From the NCBI GenBank assembly GCA_039803205.1, contig JBDRYB010000001.1, positions 23,998 through 87,997 on the forward strand: a DNA stretch of 64,000 bases, read 5' to 3'. The notes beneath the pieces were generated by a model that ran no database searches, had not been told where the DNA came from, and worked only from the letters and a program-made list of their open reading frames with translations. Origin of the DNA: a candidate division WOR-3 bacterium (GTDB lineage Bacteria > Hydrothermota > Hydrothermia > JBDRYB01). The position numbers and the translations under genes are program-made. Numbering within the stretch: position 1 is the stretch's first letter; the number at the start of each line of letters is the position of its first letter. Shown here piece after piece: positions 28,652 to 37,244 of the stretch.

Positions 28652-30277
28652 AAGAGGAGCGTCCCCGAACAGCCTCTTCCTCAGCCTGTTATAGTATTGC
28701 CTGTATTCGTCAATGTGGCGGTCATAGGGGAATTCGGGAAGGAGCTCTCCTTTCGCCAGCTCGCGGGCCCGGGCGAGGAGTTCCTCTTTCTCGGCGGGAT
28801 CCCGGGTCGCGTCAGCGAGCCTCATCAGGTTCTCAAGCTCGCCAAGGTCTGTCCAGACATCCTCAAGCTGGTAATAATCCCCCTTTTTGATGAGGAGATC
28901 AGGCCTACCTAAGTTCCGTCTGGCGACCACCATAGCTGTGTAGAGCAACTCCCTGGATCTTTCGTTGTATTTTCTTCTCGGCCATATCAGATAAAAAAGG
29001 TGATCGTAGGGCAATCTGTGTTTTGGTGAAAGGAGCAGATAGACGAATGCTCTGGCTGATTTCTTGTTCCGCCACTCGCTCAAATGAACCTCTCTTCGGT
29101 CGACAAATATCCTCATCTCACCGATCAAATGTGCCCTTATACCGGATTGTCTCCTCTGATCAACCCCATAGGTAAGAAGGGGATAAATTGCCTCAAGAAA
29201 CGGGCCTAAAATGGGATCACGACTCATAGCCCGGTAAGAAGGGGCAAGGGGAACCAAGAATCTCATGGCCTCATGGAAGACCGTACCGCCGTGCTTCCAT
29301 GCCAAAAACGCGGAGGAGAGACCTGTCACGAAAGCCTCTACTGGTTGATAAGCGTTAAGATAATCTCTGGCGGCCTTCAAAAGCTCATGAGGAAGGTCCG
29401 CTTTGTCCTCAGATAATAGGGCCTCTATCTCTCTTAGGGCCGCGAGCTCACCCAGTCCACCTTTTTTAGCAAAGTCCATGCACCTATCCACCATTTCCCT
29501 TGGAGGAGGCTCCAGACCAGCAAATCTAGCGATTTCAAGGGCTTTCGCACAAGGAAACGCTGAGTATGCTGAGCCTATTTCCAGATATCCCAGGGCTGAC
29601 TTCGTGTATAACTTCACCGCTCCTCCTAGATCCCCTAGCATCCTGAGAGCAAAACCCTTGACCTCCAGCAAGGCAGAGAGATGGCGCTTATCCTTTTCCG
29701 TTTTGATCAAGGATCTGAGCATATCAAGAGCCCTTTCCGGCTTGCCAGTTATTATGCTCAGAAGGGCCAGCAGATACCTGGCTCTGGGACTCTTTGACGA
29801 GGTTAGCGTGGGAAGAACTCCTTTTATATCCATGTAAAGGGTGTCGTATTCGGCTCTGAAAAACTTCAGGGAAAGGAGGTTCACTTTGGCAAATGACCAC
29901 AACTCCCTATCCTCAGCGTGCTCAGCTATGTCCAGGGCCTTTAAATAACAGTTCTCAGCAACCTCCATCTCCCCTGTTTGTCTGTAAACTAGCCCAAGCA
30001 TGCCATATATCCTTCCGGTCATCTCCGGTTCGCCGCGAACACGAGCGAGAAGCCTTCTCCCCTTTTTGATGGCTTCTGGAGCACGGGAACCCAGAACTGC
30101 GGCGCAGAAGTCCAAGAACGCAAAACCCAAAGGGTCCTCAGATTTCAGCTTTTCGACATAATTAGCAAAGGCTCCGGGGGAGCCTGTCTTCAGGATCTCT
30201 AGCCCTCTTTCAACCCTTTCTAAGAGCTTCACCCCGATATGATAAAATTCAGAATGGAGCAAATTCAAGTCGCGCAA
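28640..30277 (-). CDS. transcriptional regulator: N-terminal TPR-like domain plus C-terminal SARP/OmpR-like winged helix and short BTAD-like tail
   Basis: C-terminal WRNKKSARAFVYLLLSPKHRLPYDHLFYLIWP resembles winged-helix DNA-binding domains; paralog of 33844..35442; start is TTG, uncertain. Confidence 0.6.
   Translation of the reverse strand: MRDLNLLHSEFYHIGVKLLERVERGLEILKTGSPGAFANYVEKLKSEDPLGFAFLDFCAAVLGSRAPEAIKKGRRLLARVRGEPEMTGRIYGMLGLVYRQTGEMEVAENCYLKALDIAEHAEDRELWSFAKVNLLSLKFFRAEYDTLYMDIKGVLPTLTSSKSPRARYLLALLSIITGKPERALDMLRSLIKTEKDKRHLSALLEVKGFALRMLGDLGGAVKLYTKSALGYLEIGSAYSAFPCAKALEIARFAGLEPPPREMVDRCMDFAKKGGLGELAALREIEALLSEDKADLPHELLKAARDYLNAYQPVEAFVTGLSSAFLAWKHGGTVFHEAMRFLVPLAPSYRAMSRDPILGPFLEAIYPLLTYGVDQRRQSGIRAHLIGEMRIFVDRREVHLSEWRNKKSARAFVYLLLSPKHRLPYDHLFYLIWPRRKYNERSRELLYTAMVVARRNLGRPDLLIKKGDYYQLEDVWTDLGELENLMRLADATRDPAEKEELLARARELAKGELLPEFPYDRHIDEYRQYYNRLRKRLFGDAPLSPQ
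28665..28873. repeat. about 209-bp near-identical duplicated segment (copy A), 3' end of the regulator gene
   Basis: Direct comparison with 33860..34068 shows a constant offset of 5195 and about 6 mismatches. Confidence 0.9.
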
Positions 30278-30295
30278 GATGATAATATCATTTTG

Positions 30296-30327
30296 TTTCG
30301 GAACTTTTTCGGAGGATCGCTTATAAT
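30296..30327 (+). promoter_or_regulatory. direct repeats TTTCGGA at 11-bp spacing followed by a TATAAT -10 box
   Basis: TTTCGGA at 30296-30302 and 30307-30313, TATAAT at 30322-30327; AAAGGAG RBS and ATG 30356 downstream; divergent from the regulator gene. Confidence 0.5.
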
Positions 30328-30355
30328 ATGGGCATGTTAAAAAGGAGTGAGCATC

Positions 30356-31882
30356 ATGACAGAAGCATACACGCTAATAGGCCTTTTGGTGTCCCAGGTC
30401 TCTTTTGCTAGATCCTATGGAGGGCCTGATACTGAGAGCGTTCGTGGAATAGTCCAAACAACCGATGGAGGCTTCATTGTTGCGGGAGAGACAAAGAGCT
30501 TTGGGGCAGGGAGCTATGATTTTATGGCCATGAGGCTTCTGAGCACGGGGGATCCCTTCTGGGTAAAGACTCTCGGAGGGACCGGTGACGACAGGGCCTT
30601 CTCAGTAGCTCTGGCTATTGACGGTGGATGCGTCATCGTAGGAGAAACAAAGAGCTATGGCGTAGGGGACTATGATGTTTTGGTTATGAAGCTTGGCCCT
30701 GCTGGGGGATTCCGGTGGGCAAAAACCTATGGAGGGTTATTGCGAGAAAGAGGCACCTGCATCAAGCCAACCAGCGATACGGGATACATCCTCGCGGGAT
30801 GGACGGTTAGCTCAGGCCAGGGGTCCGCGGATCTCCTCGTGATGAAAATGGATTCAGCGGGCAATCGCGTCTGGACCAGGACATTTGGAGGTGACACCTC
30901 TGATTACGCGCATCAAGTGATACAGACCCAGGATGGAGGCTTCTTGGTTGCGGGAACGAGTAGGAGCTTTGGGGCAGGCGACTTTGATTTTCTCGTGCTC
31001 AAGCTCAACAGCTCTGGCACGCTGAGCTGGGCCAGAGCAATTGGTGGCCCGGGCATAGAAGACGCCAGGATCCTGAGCCAGACTACGGATAATGGCTACA
31101 TAGTCGGTGGGTGGACGAACAGCTTTGGCAGTGGAGACTACGATGTTCTCCTTGTGAAGTTGAATTCATCCGGAGGTTTTCAGTGGGCAAAAACCTATGG
31201 GGGTGCCAGCCTTGATTGGGGGACATCCGGCATCCTCCTCCCGGACGGGGGTTTCCTCGTTGTAGGAGTCACTTTGACTTACGATCCCGAAGGCGATCTA
31301 TTTCTTCTCAGGCTGGACCCGGCAGGGAATCCTGATTGGCTTAAGGTTCTCAAGGAGGAGGGAGATGGGGTAAGTGGCGCGACTACTGTGATACAAACTG
31401 GAGATGGTGGTTTCGCGGTTGGAGGTTGGAAGGGTGACTCGTGGGATTTTCTGGTCATAAAGACCGACCAAGACGGAAACTATGACGAAGACTCCAATTG
31501 CATGAAGCCCGACATCCTTACAAGCCTGACCATTATGCCCAATCTTGAAACTCTGACGCTCGGGGCAAGCTGGGTTCCTCTAGTATCCAACCCAAACCCA
31601 TCCCAGAATACGCCCTCCTTGACGATGACAAACGTGACCTGTGAACCTGTTTATGAGGAAGTTGGGGAATCTCTGGTTGAGCCGAATGACATAGTCTGCT
31701 ATCCGATTCCAAGGGCCATTGCGTTTATTTCTTCCTGTGCCGCGGAGATAAGTATCTACTCATCTGACGGGTGCGTGGCCTATTCGGGCACTCTAGAGAA
31801 GGGCAAAAATATGATACCCATTGACCGAGGCATTTACTTTTGGCAGGCAGGAGCTTATAAAGGAAAAGCCGTTGTGAGGTAA
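30356..31882 (+). CDS. secreted beta-propeller repeat protein (SBBP-like repeats) with C-terminal sorting-domain-like tail
   Basis: Multiple repeats of about 50 aa (T.DGGF.VAG.T.SFG.G..D.L..KL...G...W.KTYGG); signal-like N-terminus; C-terminal beta-sandwich-like tail resembling T9SS-type CTDs. Confidence 0.6.
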   Translation: MTEAYTLIGLLVSQVSFARSYGGPDTESVRGIVQTTDGGFIVAGETKSFGAGSYDFMAMRLLSTGDPFWVKTLGGTGDDRAFSVALAIDGGCVIVGETKSYGVGDYDVLVMKLGPAGGFRWAKTYGGLLRERGTCIKPTSDTGYILAGWTVSSGQGSADLLVMKMDSAGNRVWTRTFGGDTSDYAHQVIQTQDGGFLVAGTSRSFGAGDFDFLVLKLNSSGTLSWARAIGGPGIEDARILSQTTDNGYIVGGWTNSFGSGDYDVLLVKLNSSGGFQWAKTYGGASLDWGTSGILLPDGGFLVVGVTLTYDPEGDLFLLRLDPAGNPDWLKVLKEEGDGVSGATTVIQTGDGGFAVGGWKGDSWDFLVIKTDQDGNYDEDSNCMKPDILTSLTIMPNLETLTLGASWVPLVSNPNPSQNTPSLTMTNVTCEPVYEEVGESLVEPNDIVCYPIPRAIAFISSCAAEISIYSSDGCVAYSGTLEKGKNMIPIDRGIYFWQAGAYKGKAVVR

Positions 31883-31900
31883 CCCACTTGTAGTCACTAG

Positions 31901-31948
31901 CCCCGGCCGGTAAAATCATTGCACCTCCCGTCCCGGCCGGGGGTTTTT
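31901..31948. terminator. hairpin terminator element, copy 1 (10-bp GC stem, 22-nt loop, T5)
   Basis: CCCCGGCCGG - taaaatcattgcacctcccgtc - CCGGCCGGGG g TTTTT between convergent genes. Confidence 0.65.
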
Positions 31949-31968
31949 ATTTCCCAGATGAGAAGCCC

Positions 31969-33804
31969 TTATTGCCTATCCCAACCCAAACCCCACATTC
32001 CCCTGGTCCAAGCCCTGCCGTTCCTGCAGGGGGTTCCTGCTGGATAGTTGTCCTTGCCTGATAGGTCAAGGAATATGCCAACGCCTCCAGCGTCCCGGGC
32101 CCTGTTCGCATCGCCGAGGCCTATGTCCTCCCTGGCGGAATATGTGTCATCCCCATCAGAATCCACGAAGATCCCAACGGAATTCGTCAAACCTATACCG
32201 AGGCCGCCGGAGACCTGGTAGTTGTCGTTGCCGCGCTTGTCAATTAGCCAGCCAACAGCGAGGTCGTGGCCCTCGCCCTGGGATGGGCCGTATCTTGAAT
32301 AATAGTGATCCGAGCCGGAGTAATCCCCGAGAAGTCCGACCGAGAGGTGGATTCCGGAGCCCTGCGCGTATTGCACAGCGGAATAGAAGTCGTCGCCAGA
32401 CAGATCGAGGAGAATGCCTGCCGAATACCAGTATGAACAGCCCTGCGCGTATACCTCGCCCTGATACAGGTCGTTGCCCTCGCGGTCCAAAAGAACTGAG
32501 ATCCCCCCAGAAGCGCGTGGTCTAATTCCGATTGAATAGCCTTGCGCGAACGCCCTGTAGTTGTGTTCAAGGAGGGGTTTGTGCAGGTATTCTCCTCCAG
32601 CGTAATAGACATCATCTCCCCCCACCTCGTCCAAGATAGCGCAGCCCTTGACCGATGAGAAGGCCTGAGCGCAAGAGAATGCCCTCATAACATCATCCCC
32701 TCCGCCCTCGTGCATGTAGGAGACCCCGAACATGGCCGCGGATTGTGCGAAAAAGCCGGAGTAATAGAGATCGTCTCCGGCCTTATCCGAGAGAAAACCC
32801 GCGCCGAAAAGCCCCATACCCATTGTGTAATGAGGGGCCCGATACAGGTCATCCCCTGAGAGGTCAACCAGGGCACCGTAGCCCATGAGGCCAGCGCCAA
32901 GGGAGACGAAATCTTCAGCCAGATAAGCGTCATTGCCGCAAAGATCAATCACGGCCGAGAGGGGCCTCCCCAGAAACCCAACCGATCCCCCAGGCCTCCC
33001 GTAGTAGGCGTCTGAGCCACCCTTGTCCAGTATAAGGTGATATAGGGCTGTGGTCTCGGCCGGATGAACATCATCCCCTTCTCCTTTGACCAAAACCCTC
33101 CACTGGCCAGCGGAATAGCTGCCCTCAGGAATTCCCTGTGAGAACATCGTGATCTCCTCTACCCCCATTGAGAACGCTAGGGCTCCGAGGGCTAGCTCAC
33201 GCCAATCAACCAGAGCCGCCAACTCCAGTATCCTTGAAGAGTCATCGCACCAGGCTGTGTCCACCGGAAACCCAAATTCCCTGAGCAGACAGCCCCGCAG
33301 AGTGTCCAGAAGGGTATCACCCTCGTCCGCCCAAAGGGAAAGGGAGTAGTAGAGGAGGGTATCAATCTGGGGCCTGCTCAGCCGCGAAAAGGCTTTTTGC
33401 CTGTGAGCATCAGCCTCGTCCCAGGAGGCTCTGAGGTATGCGAGGCCAGCTTCCCATCCCTTTTTGCCCGCCATGGCCTTTTCAAATCTCTTTCGCATCT
33501 CGTTCGTATCCTTGGGAGAGAGCCCGACATCGAGAAGGGAAAAGCCGAGGAACATGGTGGATGTCGGATTACCGGTTGATCTTGCTATTTCGGCCCTGCA
33601 GGAGTCAGCAAAATGAGGCACATCCATGGGCTTCGCCATCAATCTGTCAACCGTCTTGAGCCTGAATGAGTCGCGGTCGGCCCAGTCCTTGTTGTATGAG
33701 AGGTCCTCTGGGGCCAGATTAATGTAAGCTAGGGCCTGGATGATGGCACTTGTTTCGGCTGTATCAAGGAGAAACTGCGAGAGAAGCAAAAGCGTCATGT
33801 TCAA
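31969..33804 (-). CDS. secreted repeat protein (short G/D-rich repeats, possible beta-helix)
   Basis: Repeated pattern of about 22 aa (G.D.Y....Y.QG.G....G.L.D.SG.D.Y); hydrophobic N-terminus. Confidence 0.5.
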   Translation of the reverse strand: MNMTLLLLSQFLLDTAETSAIIQALAYINLAPEDLSYNKDWADRDSFRLKTVDRLMAKPMDVPHFADSCRAEIARSTGNPTSTMFLGFSLLDVGLSPKDTNEMRKRFEKAMAGKKGWEAGLAYLRASWDEADAHRQKAFSRLSRPQIDTLLYYSLSLWADEGDTLLDTLRGCLLREFGFPVDTAWCDDSSRILELAALVDWRELALGALAFSMGVEEITMFSQGIPEGSYSAGQWRVLVKGEGDDVHPAETTALYHLILDKGGSDAYYGRPGGSVGFLGRPLSAVIDLCGNDAYLAEDFVSLGAGLMGYGALVDLSGDDLYRAPHYTMGMGLFGAGFLSDKAGDDLYYSGFFAQSAAMFGVSYMHEGGGDDVMRAFSCAQAFSSVKGCAILDEVGGDDVYYAGGEYLHKPLLEHNYRAFAQGYSIGIRPRASGGISVLLDREGNDLYQGEVYAQGCSYWYSAGILLDLSGDDFYSAVQYAQGSGIHLSVGLLGDYSGSDHYYSRYGPSQGEGHDLAVGWLIDKRGNDNYQVSGGLGIGLTNSVGIFVDSDGDDTYSAREDIGLGDANRARDAGGVGIFLDLSGKDNYPAGTPCRNGRAWTRGMWGLGWDRQ

Positions 33805-33843
33805 AGGTTAAACCAGAAGGAGGCTGGAAGGCAAGGACGGCTT

Positions 33844-35442
33844 TCAGGTCTGATTATCTCCGAACAGCCTCTTCCTCAGCCTGTTATAGTATTGCCTGTA
33901 TTCGTCAATGTGGCTGTCATAGGGGAATTCGGGAAGGAGCTCGCCTTTCGCCAGCTCGCGGGCCCGGGCGAGGAGTTCCTCTTTCTCGGCGGGATCGCGG
34001 GTCGCGTCAGCGAGCCTCATGAGGTTCTCAATCTCTCCAAGGTCTGTCCAGACATCCTCAAGCTGGTAGAAGTCGCCTCGTTTGGTGAGCAATTGTGGTT
34101 TGCCCAGATTCCTGCGGATAGTGTAAATAGCAGTATAAAGCCACTTCCTCGTCCTGGCGTCGTATCTCCTCCTGGGCCACAGCAGATACGCAAGGTGATC
34201 CTGGGATATTCTGTGTTTAGGCGAGAGCAAGAGGTAGAGCAGAGCCATCAACGCCCTTGAGTTTCGCCACGCCCTAAGGGAAACCTCTTCCCCATCCACC
34301 TGGAGCATGAACTCACCAAGCAGGCTCGCCCTCACGCCCTGCACTGTCCTTTCGCCCTTCCCATATCTAAGCAGGGGTTCCACGCTGATCATGAATTCTC
34401 CTAGCAAAGGGTCGCGCCTGAACCCTGGGTGAAGAGGCAAGAGGGGCGCGAGTAACTTGAGGATCTTCGGGAAAACCGGGTGGTCGTCTTGCCATGCAAA
34501 AAGGGCTGCTGTGAGGCCTGTAAGGATGACCTCTATGTTCTGGTTGACCCTATAGTATCCGAGTGCGGCGTCAAAAAGGAGCTCGGTGGATCTTTTGGGG
34601 TCCTCACACAGGAGTGCTTCGATCTCCTGGGCCCCTGCCTTCTCTCCTGACGAACCCCTCCTGGCAAGTGCCAGACATCTCCTTACAAGCTTCTTGGGAG
34701 GAGGCTCCAGCCCAGCGAGTCGCGTGAGCTCAAGAGCCTTGGCACAAGGGAAGGTCGCGTAGGCAGAACCGAATTCAATGGCGATGTTCATGGACTCCAC
34801 ATATAGATCCCTCGCCTCCTGTAGTTTCCCCATCATCCTGCTGGCCAATCCCTTCATCTCTGTAGCACCCAAAAGGACTATACTGCCGCCCTCGCTGATG
34901 ATGGAATCCAAGAGTTTCAATGCCTTCTCTGGGTTTCCACGGATTATCTCAAGTGCGGCCACTAGGTACTTGGCACCCCCGGTGATCTCTGGACTCCTCA
35001 CCCGCGCGAGGAATCCCCTTGCTTCGTTGTAAAGCGGTTCGTATTCAGCTCTAAAGAATCTGTTGGTCAGAAGTCTCAATCTTGCAATGGAGGCCAGGGT
35101 CAGGTCTCCCGCCTGTCCGGCCATATCCTCTGCTCTAACAAAGTATCCATCGGCTGCATCCAGTTCTCCTATTAGTTCGTAAGCGGTGCCAAGGCAGTTG
35201 AAAAGAAAACTCGCAAGCCTGGGCTTGCCCGAAACTCTTGAAATGAGCCTGGTTCCTTTCCTTATGGCGCTAGAATTGTGATTGTAGACCGCCAGGCGAA
35301 CCTCCAGTAGTTCCGCGGCCAGAAGGTCTTCAAGCTTAAGGCAACGAATGTATCTCATTAAGTCATCCAACTGGCCTGACTTCATCATTGTTAGGCCGCG
35401 TTCAATCCTATCCAAAGTATCCACGTCTAGAGTATAAACCAA
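33844..35442 (-). CDS. transcriptional regulator paralog (TPR-like plus SARP/OmpR-like winged helix)
   Basis: Same architecture as 28640..30277; last 70 aa almost identical; start is TTG, uncertain. Confidence 0.6.
   Translation of the reverse strand: MVYTLDVDTLDRIERGLTMMKSGQLDDLMRYIRCLKLEDLLAAELLEVRLAVYNHNSSAIRKGTRLISRVSGKPRLASFLFNCLGTAYELIGELDAADGYFVRAEDMAGQAGDLTLASIARLRLLTNRFFRAEYEPLYNEARGFLARVRSPEITGGAKYLVAALEIIRGNPEKALKLLDSIISEGGSIVLLGATEMKGLASRMMGKLQEARDLYVESMNIAIEFGSAYATFPCAKALELTRLAGLEPPPKKLVRRCLALARRGSSGEKAGAQEIEALLCEDPKRSTELLFDAALGYYRVNQNIEVILTGLTAALFAWQDDHPVFPKILKLLAPLLPLHPGFRRDPLLGEFMISVEPLLRYGKGERTVQGVRASLLGEFMLQVDGEEVSLRAWRNSRALMALLYLLLSPKHRISQDHLAYLLWPRRRYDARTRKWLYTAIYTIRRNLGKPQLLTKRGDFYQLEDVWTDLGEIENLMRLADATRDPAEKEELLARARELAKGELLPEFPYDSHIDEYRQYYNRLRKRLFGDNQT
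33860..34068. repeat. about 209-bp near-identical duplicated segment (copy B)
   Basis: Matches 28665..28873. Confidence 0.9.
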
Positions 35443-35479
35443 TTGGGGAATCCACTGCTATATGCGCATTTGTCCTAAC

Positions 35480-35514
35480 TTGCTAGAGTTTTGCTAGAAA
35501 ACCCTACTTATAAT
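35480..35514 (+). promoter_or_regulatory. direct repeats TTGCTAGA at 11-bp spacing followed by a TATAAT -10 box
   Basis: TTGCTAGA at 35480-35487 and 35491-35498, TATAAT at 35509-35514, then GGAGG RBS and ATG 35551. Confidence 0.5.
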
Positions 35515-35550
35515 TTAGGGCCTTATGAAAAAGAGACACGGAGGTGTCAG

Positions 35551-37155
35551 ATGATAGGGATGATAGGAATCTTTATCGGTGCAACCACGGTCAACTGGCC
35601 CTGCTGGGGCGGAGACCCGGAGCGCCAGGGATTGCAGACCACTCCAGGAGCGTTCATAAGCGCTCCTTCAACAAAGTGGAAAGTCCAGACCTACCAACTC
35701 GTCAGGTGGGAATTCTCAGCGATAGCCGATGTTGACGGCGACGGCCAGATGGAGGTCCTCGTAGGATGCTACAACGGATACCCCGGCTTCTTTTGCATCA
35801 ATGGCTCCACGGGCACAGTTGAGTGGTCGGTTAACACATACCTAAGCGGAGTGCTTGCGGGTCCGGCCGTAGCTGATGTGGACAACGATGGCCAGAATGA
35901 GGTGATCTTCGCTAGCAGTGGTTCTGGTGCGGGAGACGATACGGTCTATTGTTACAGCGGAATGGGCTCTCGGAAGTGGGCCTTTTGTAATCCTTCTTCT
36001 GGGAGATACTGGTCCTCGCCGGCCATCGTTGATCTAGATGGAGACGGCAATATGGAGGTGTTAATAGGCAATTCTGACGGGGGGACAGACACTCTGAGCA
36101 GAAGAAGCCTCTATTGCCTGAATGGCTCTAATGGCACCCAGAAGTGGTCATACATTTCAGGCAACTCGGTGGACTGTGCATCCCCATCTGCGGCTGATGT
36201 TGATGGCGATGGCAAGCTAGAAGTGCTCTTCGTGAACTGGGCTAATAGGCTCTTCTGCATCAGCGATACCGTGGTGGCCGGCAACGACACATGCAGGGTG
36301 GAGTGGACATACCCATTCGGTGCTAGCGGTGGGATACAGTGCACCCCGGTTCTTCTCGATCTTGATGGCGACGGTAAGATGGAGATAGTTACTGCCAACG
36401 CGAATTTTAACTCTAATAACCTCTACTGCTTGAACACAGCCACCATCTCAGGCAACGATACAGCGGTTGTCAAGTGGACCTTCTCTGCTGGAAGATATAT
36501 ATACTCCTCTCTATCCGCCGCAGACGCTGACGGAAATGGTATCATAGATGTTTTCGTTGGTAGTTGGGACTCCCTATTATACTGCCTGGACGGAGCAACT
36601 GGCGCCAAGAAGTGGCAATTCGGAAAGGTGCCGGAGATACTCTATACACCTATATCAGTGATGGACGCGGACGGCGCTCATCCCAGCGGCGACCCTGGGC
36701 TTGAGGTTCTTCTTACAGCCAAGGACACCCTATACTGTGTGAACGCGGAGGATGGCTCTCTGCTTTGGAAAGCGAGGGTGGCGCCCCGTGTCAACACACC
36801 GTTCTCAGGGGACATAGACGGAGATGGGGCTTCTGAGATAATAGTCGGTGCAGACAGCGCGTTGTACGCGCTTGATACAGCAAGTCCGGTTTACGAGGGC
36901 ATAGGTGACAATAACAACAACGGAGACCTCGTCCTGTTCCGGTTCACAAACAACCGCTTTTATCTTTATCTGCCAGAAGAGGATGGGATCTCAATCGCTC
37001 TTTACGACGCTGGAGGGCGATTCGTTAAAAGTATCTTTGAAGGCCATCTGAGCTCTGGTAGCCACAACTTTGAGCTGAGTTCGGAGGCCAAGGGGGTCTA
37101 CATCGCTGTTCTCAGGCACAACGAGGGCATAAAGACCCTGAAGATAGCGAGGTAA
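35551..37155 (+). CDS. secreted FG-GAP/PQQ-like beta-propeller protein with C-terminal sorting-domain-like tail
   Basis: Repeated D(V/L)DGDG..E(V/I) and LYC(L/I)...G motifs; hydrophobic N-terminus; C-terminal tail similar to that of 37245..38753; start at ATG 35551 after GGAGG. Confidence 0.6.
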   Translation: MIGMIGIFIGATTVNWPCWGGDPERQGLQTTPGAFISAPSTKWKVQTYQLVRWEFSAIADVDGDGQMEVLVGCYNGYPGFFCINGSTGTVEWSVNTYLSGVLAGPAVADVDNDGQNEVIFASSGSGAGDDTVYCYSGMGSRKWAFCNPSSGRYWSSPAIVDLDGDGNMEVLIGNSDGGTDTLSRRSLYCLNGSNGTQKWSYISGNSVDCASPSAADVDGDGKLEVLFVNWANRLFCISDTVVAGNDTCRVEWTYPFGASGGIQCTPVLLDLDGDGKMEIVTANANFNSNNLYCLNTATISGNDTAVVKWTFSAGRYIYSSLSAADADGNGIIDVFVGSWDSLLYCLDGATGAKKWQFGKVPEILYTPISVMDADGAHPSGDPGLEVLLTAKDTLYCVNAEDGSLLWKARVAPRVNTPFSGDIDGDGASEIIVGADSALYALDTASPVYEGIGDNNNNGDLVLFRFTNNRFYLYLPEEDGISIALYDAGGRFVKSIFEGHLSSGSHNFELSSEAKGVYIAVLRHNEGIKTLKIAR

Positions 37156-37161
37156 AAACAT

Positions 37162-37224
37162 GACCGGCCGCGGAAACTTCGCACCCCCGGCACCTCCCGG
37201 ATGGACCGCGGCCGGTCCGGTTTT
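37162..37224 (+). terminator. hairpin terminator-like element (12-bp GC stem, 32-nt loop, T-rich tail)
   Basis: GACCGGCCGCGG ... CCGCGGCCGGTC perfect inverted repeat followed by cggTTTTg; loop contains gcacctcccgg as in the two other hairpin elements. Confidence 0.5.
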
Positions 37225-37244
37225 GTGAAAACAAGGAGATTACA

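Noticed and set aside
28648-28890. Plus-strand 80-aa ORF, and its twin at 33750..34022
   Set aside because: Both are antisense shadows of the duplicated 3' ends of the two regulator genes; their similarity reflects the nucleotide duplication, not a conserved small protein.
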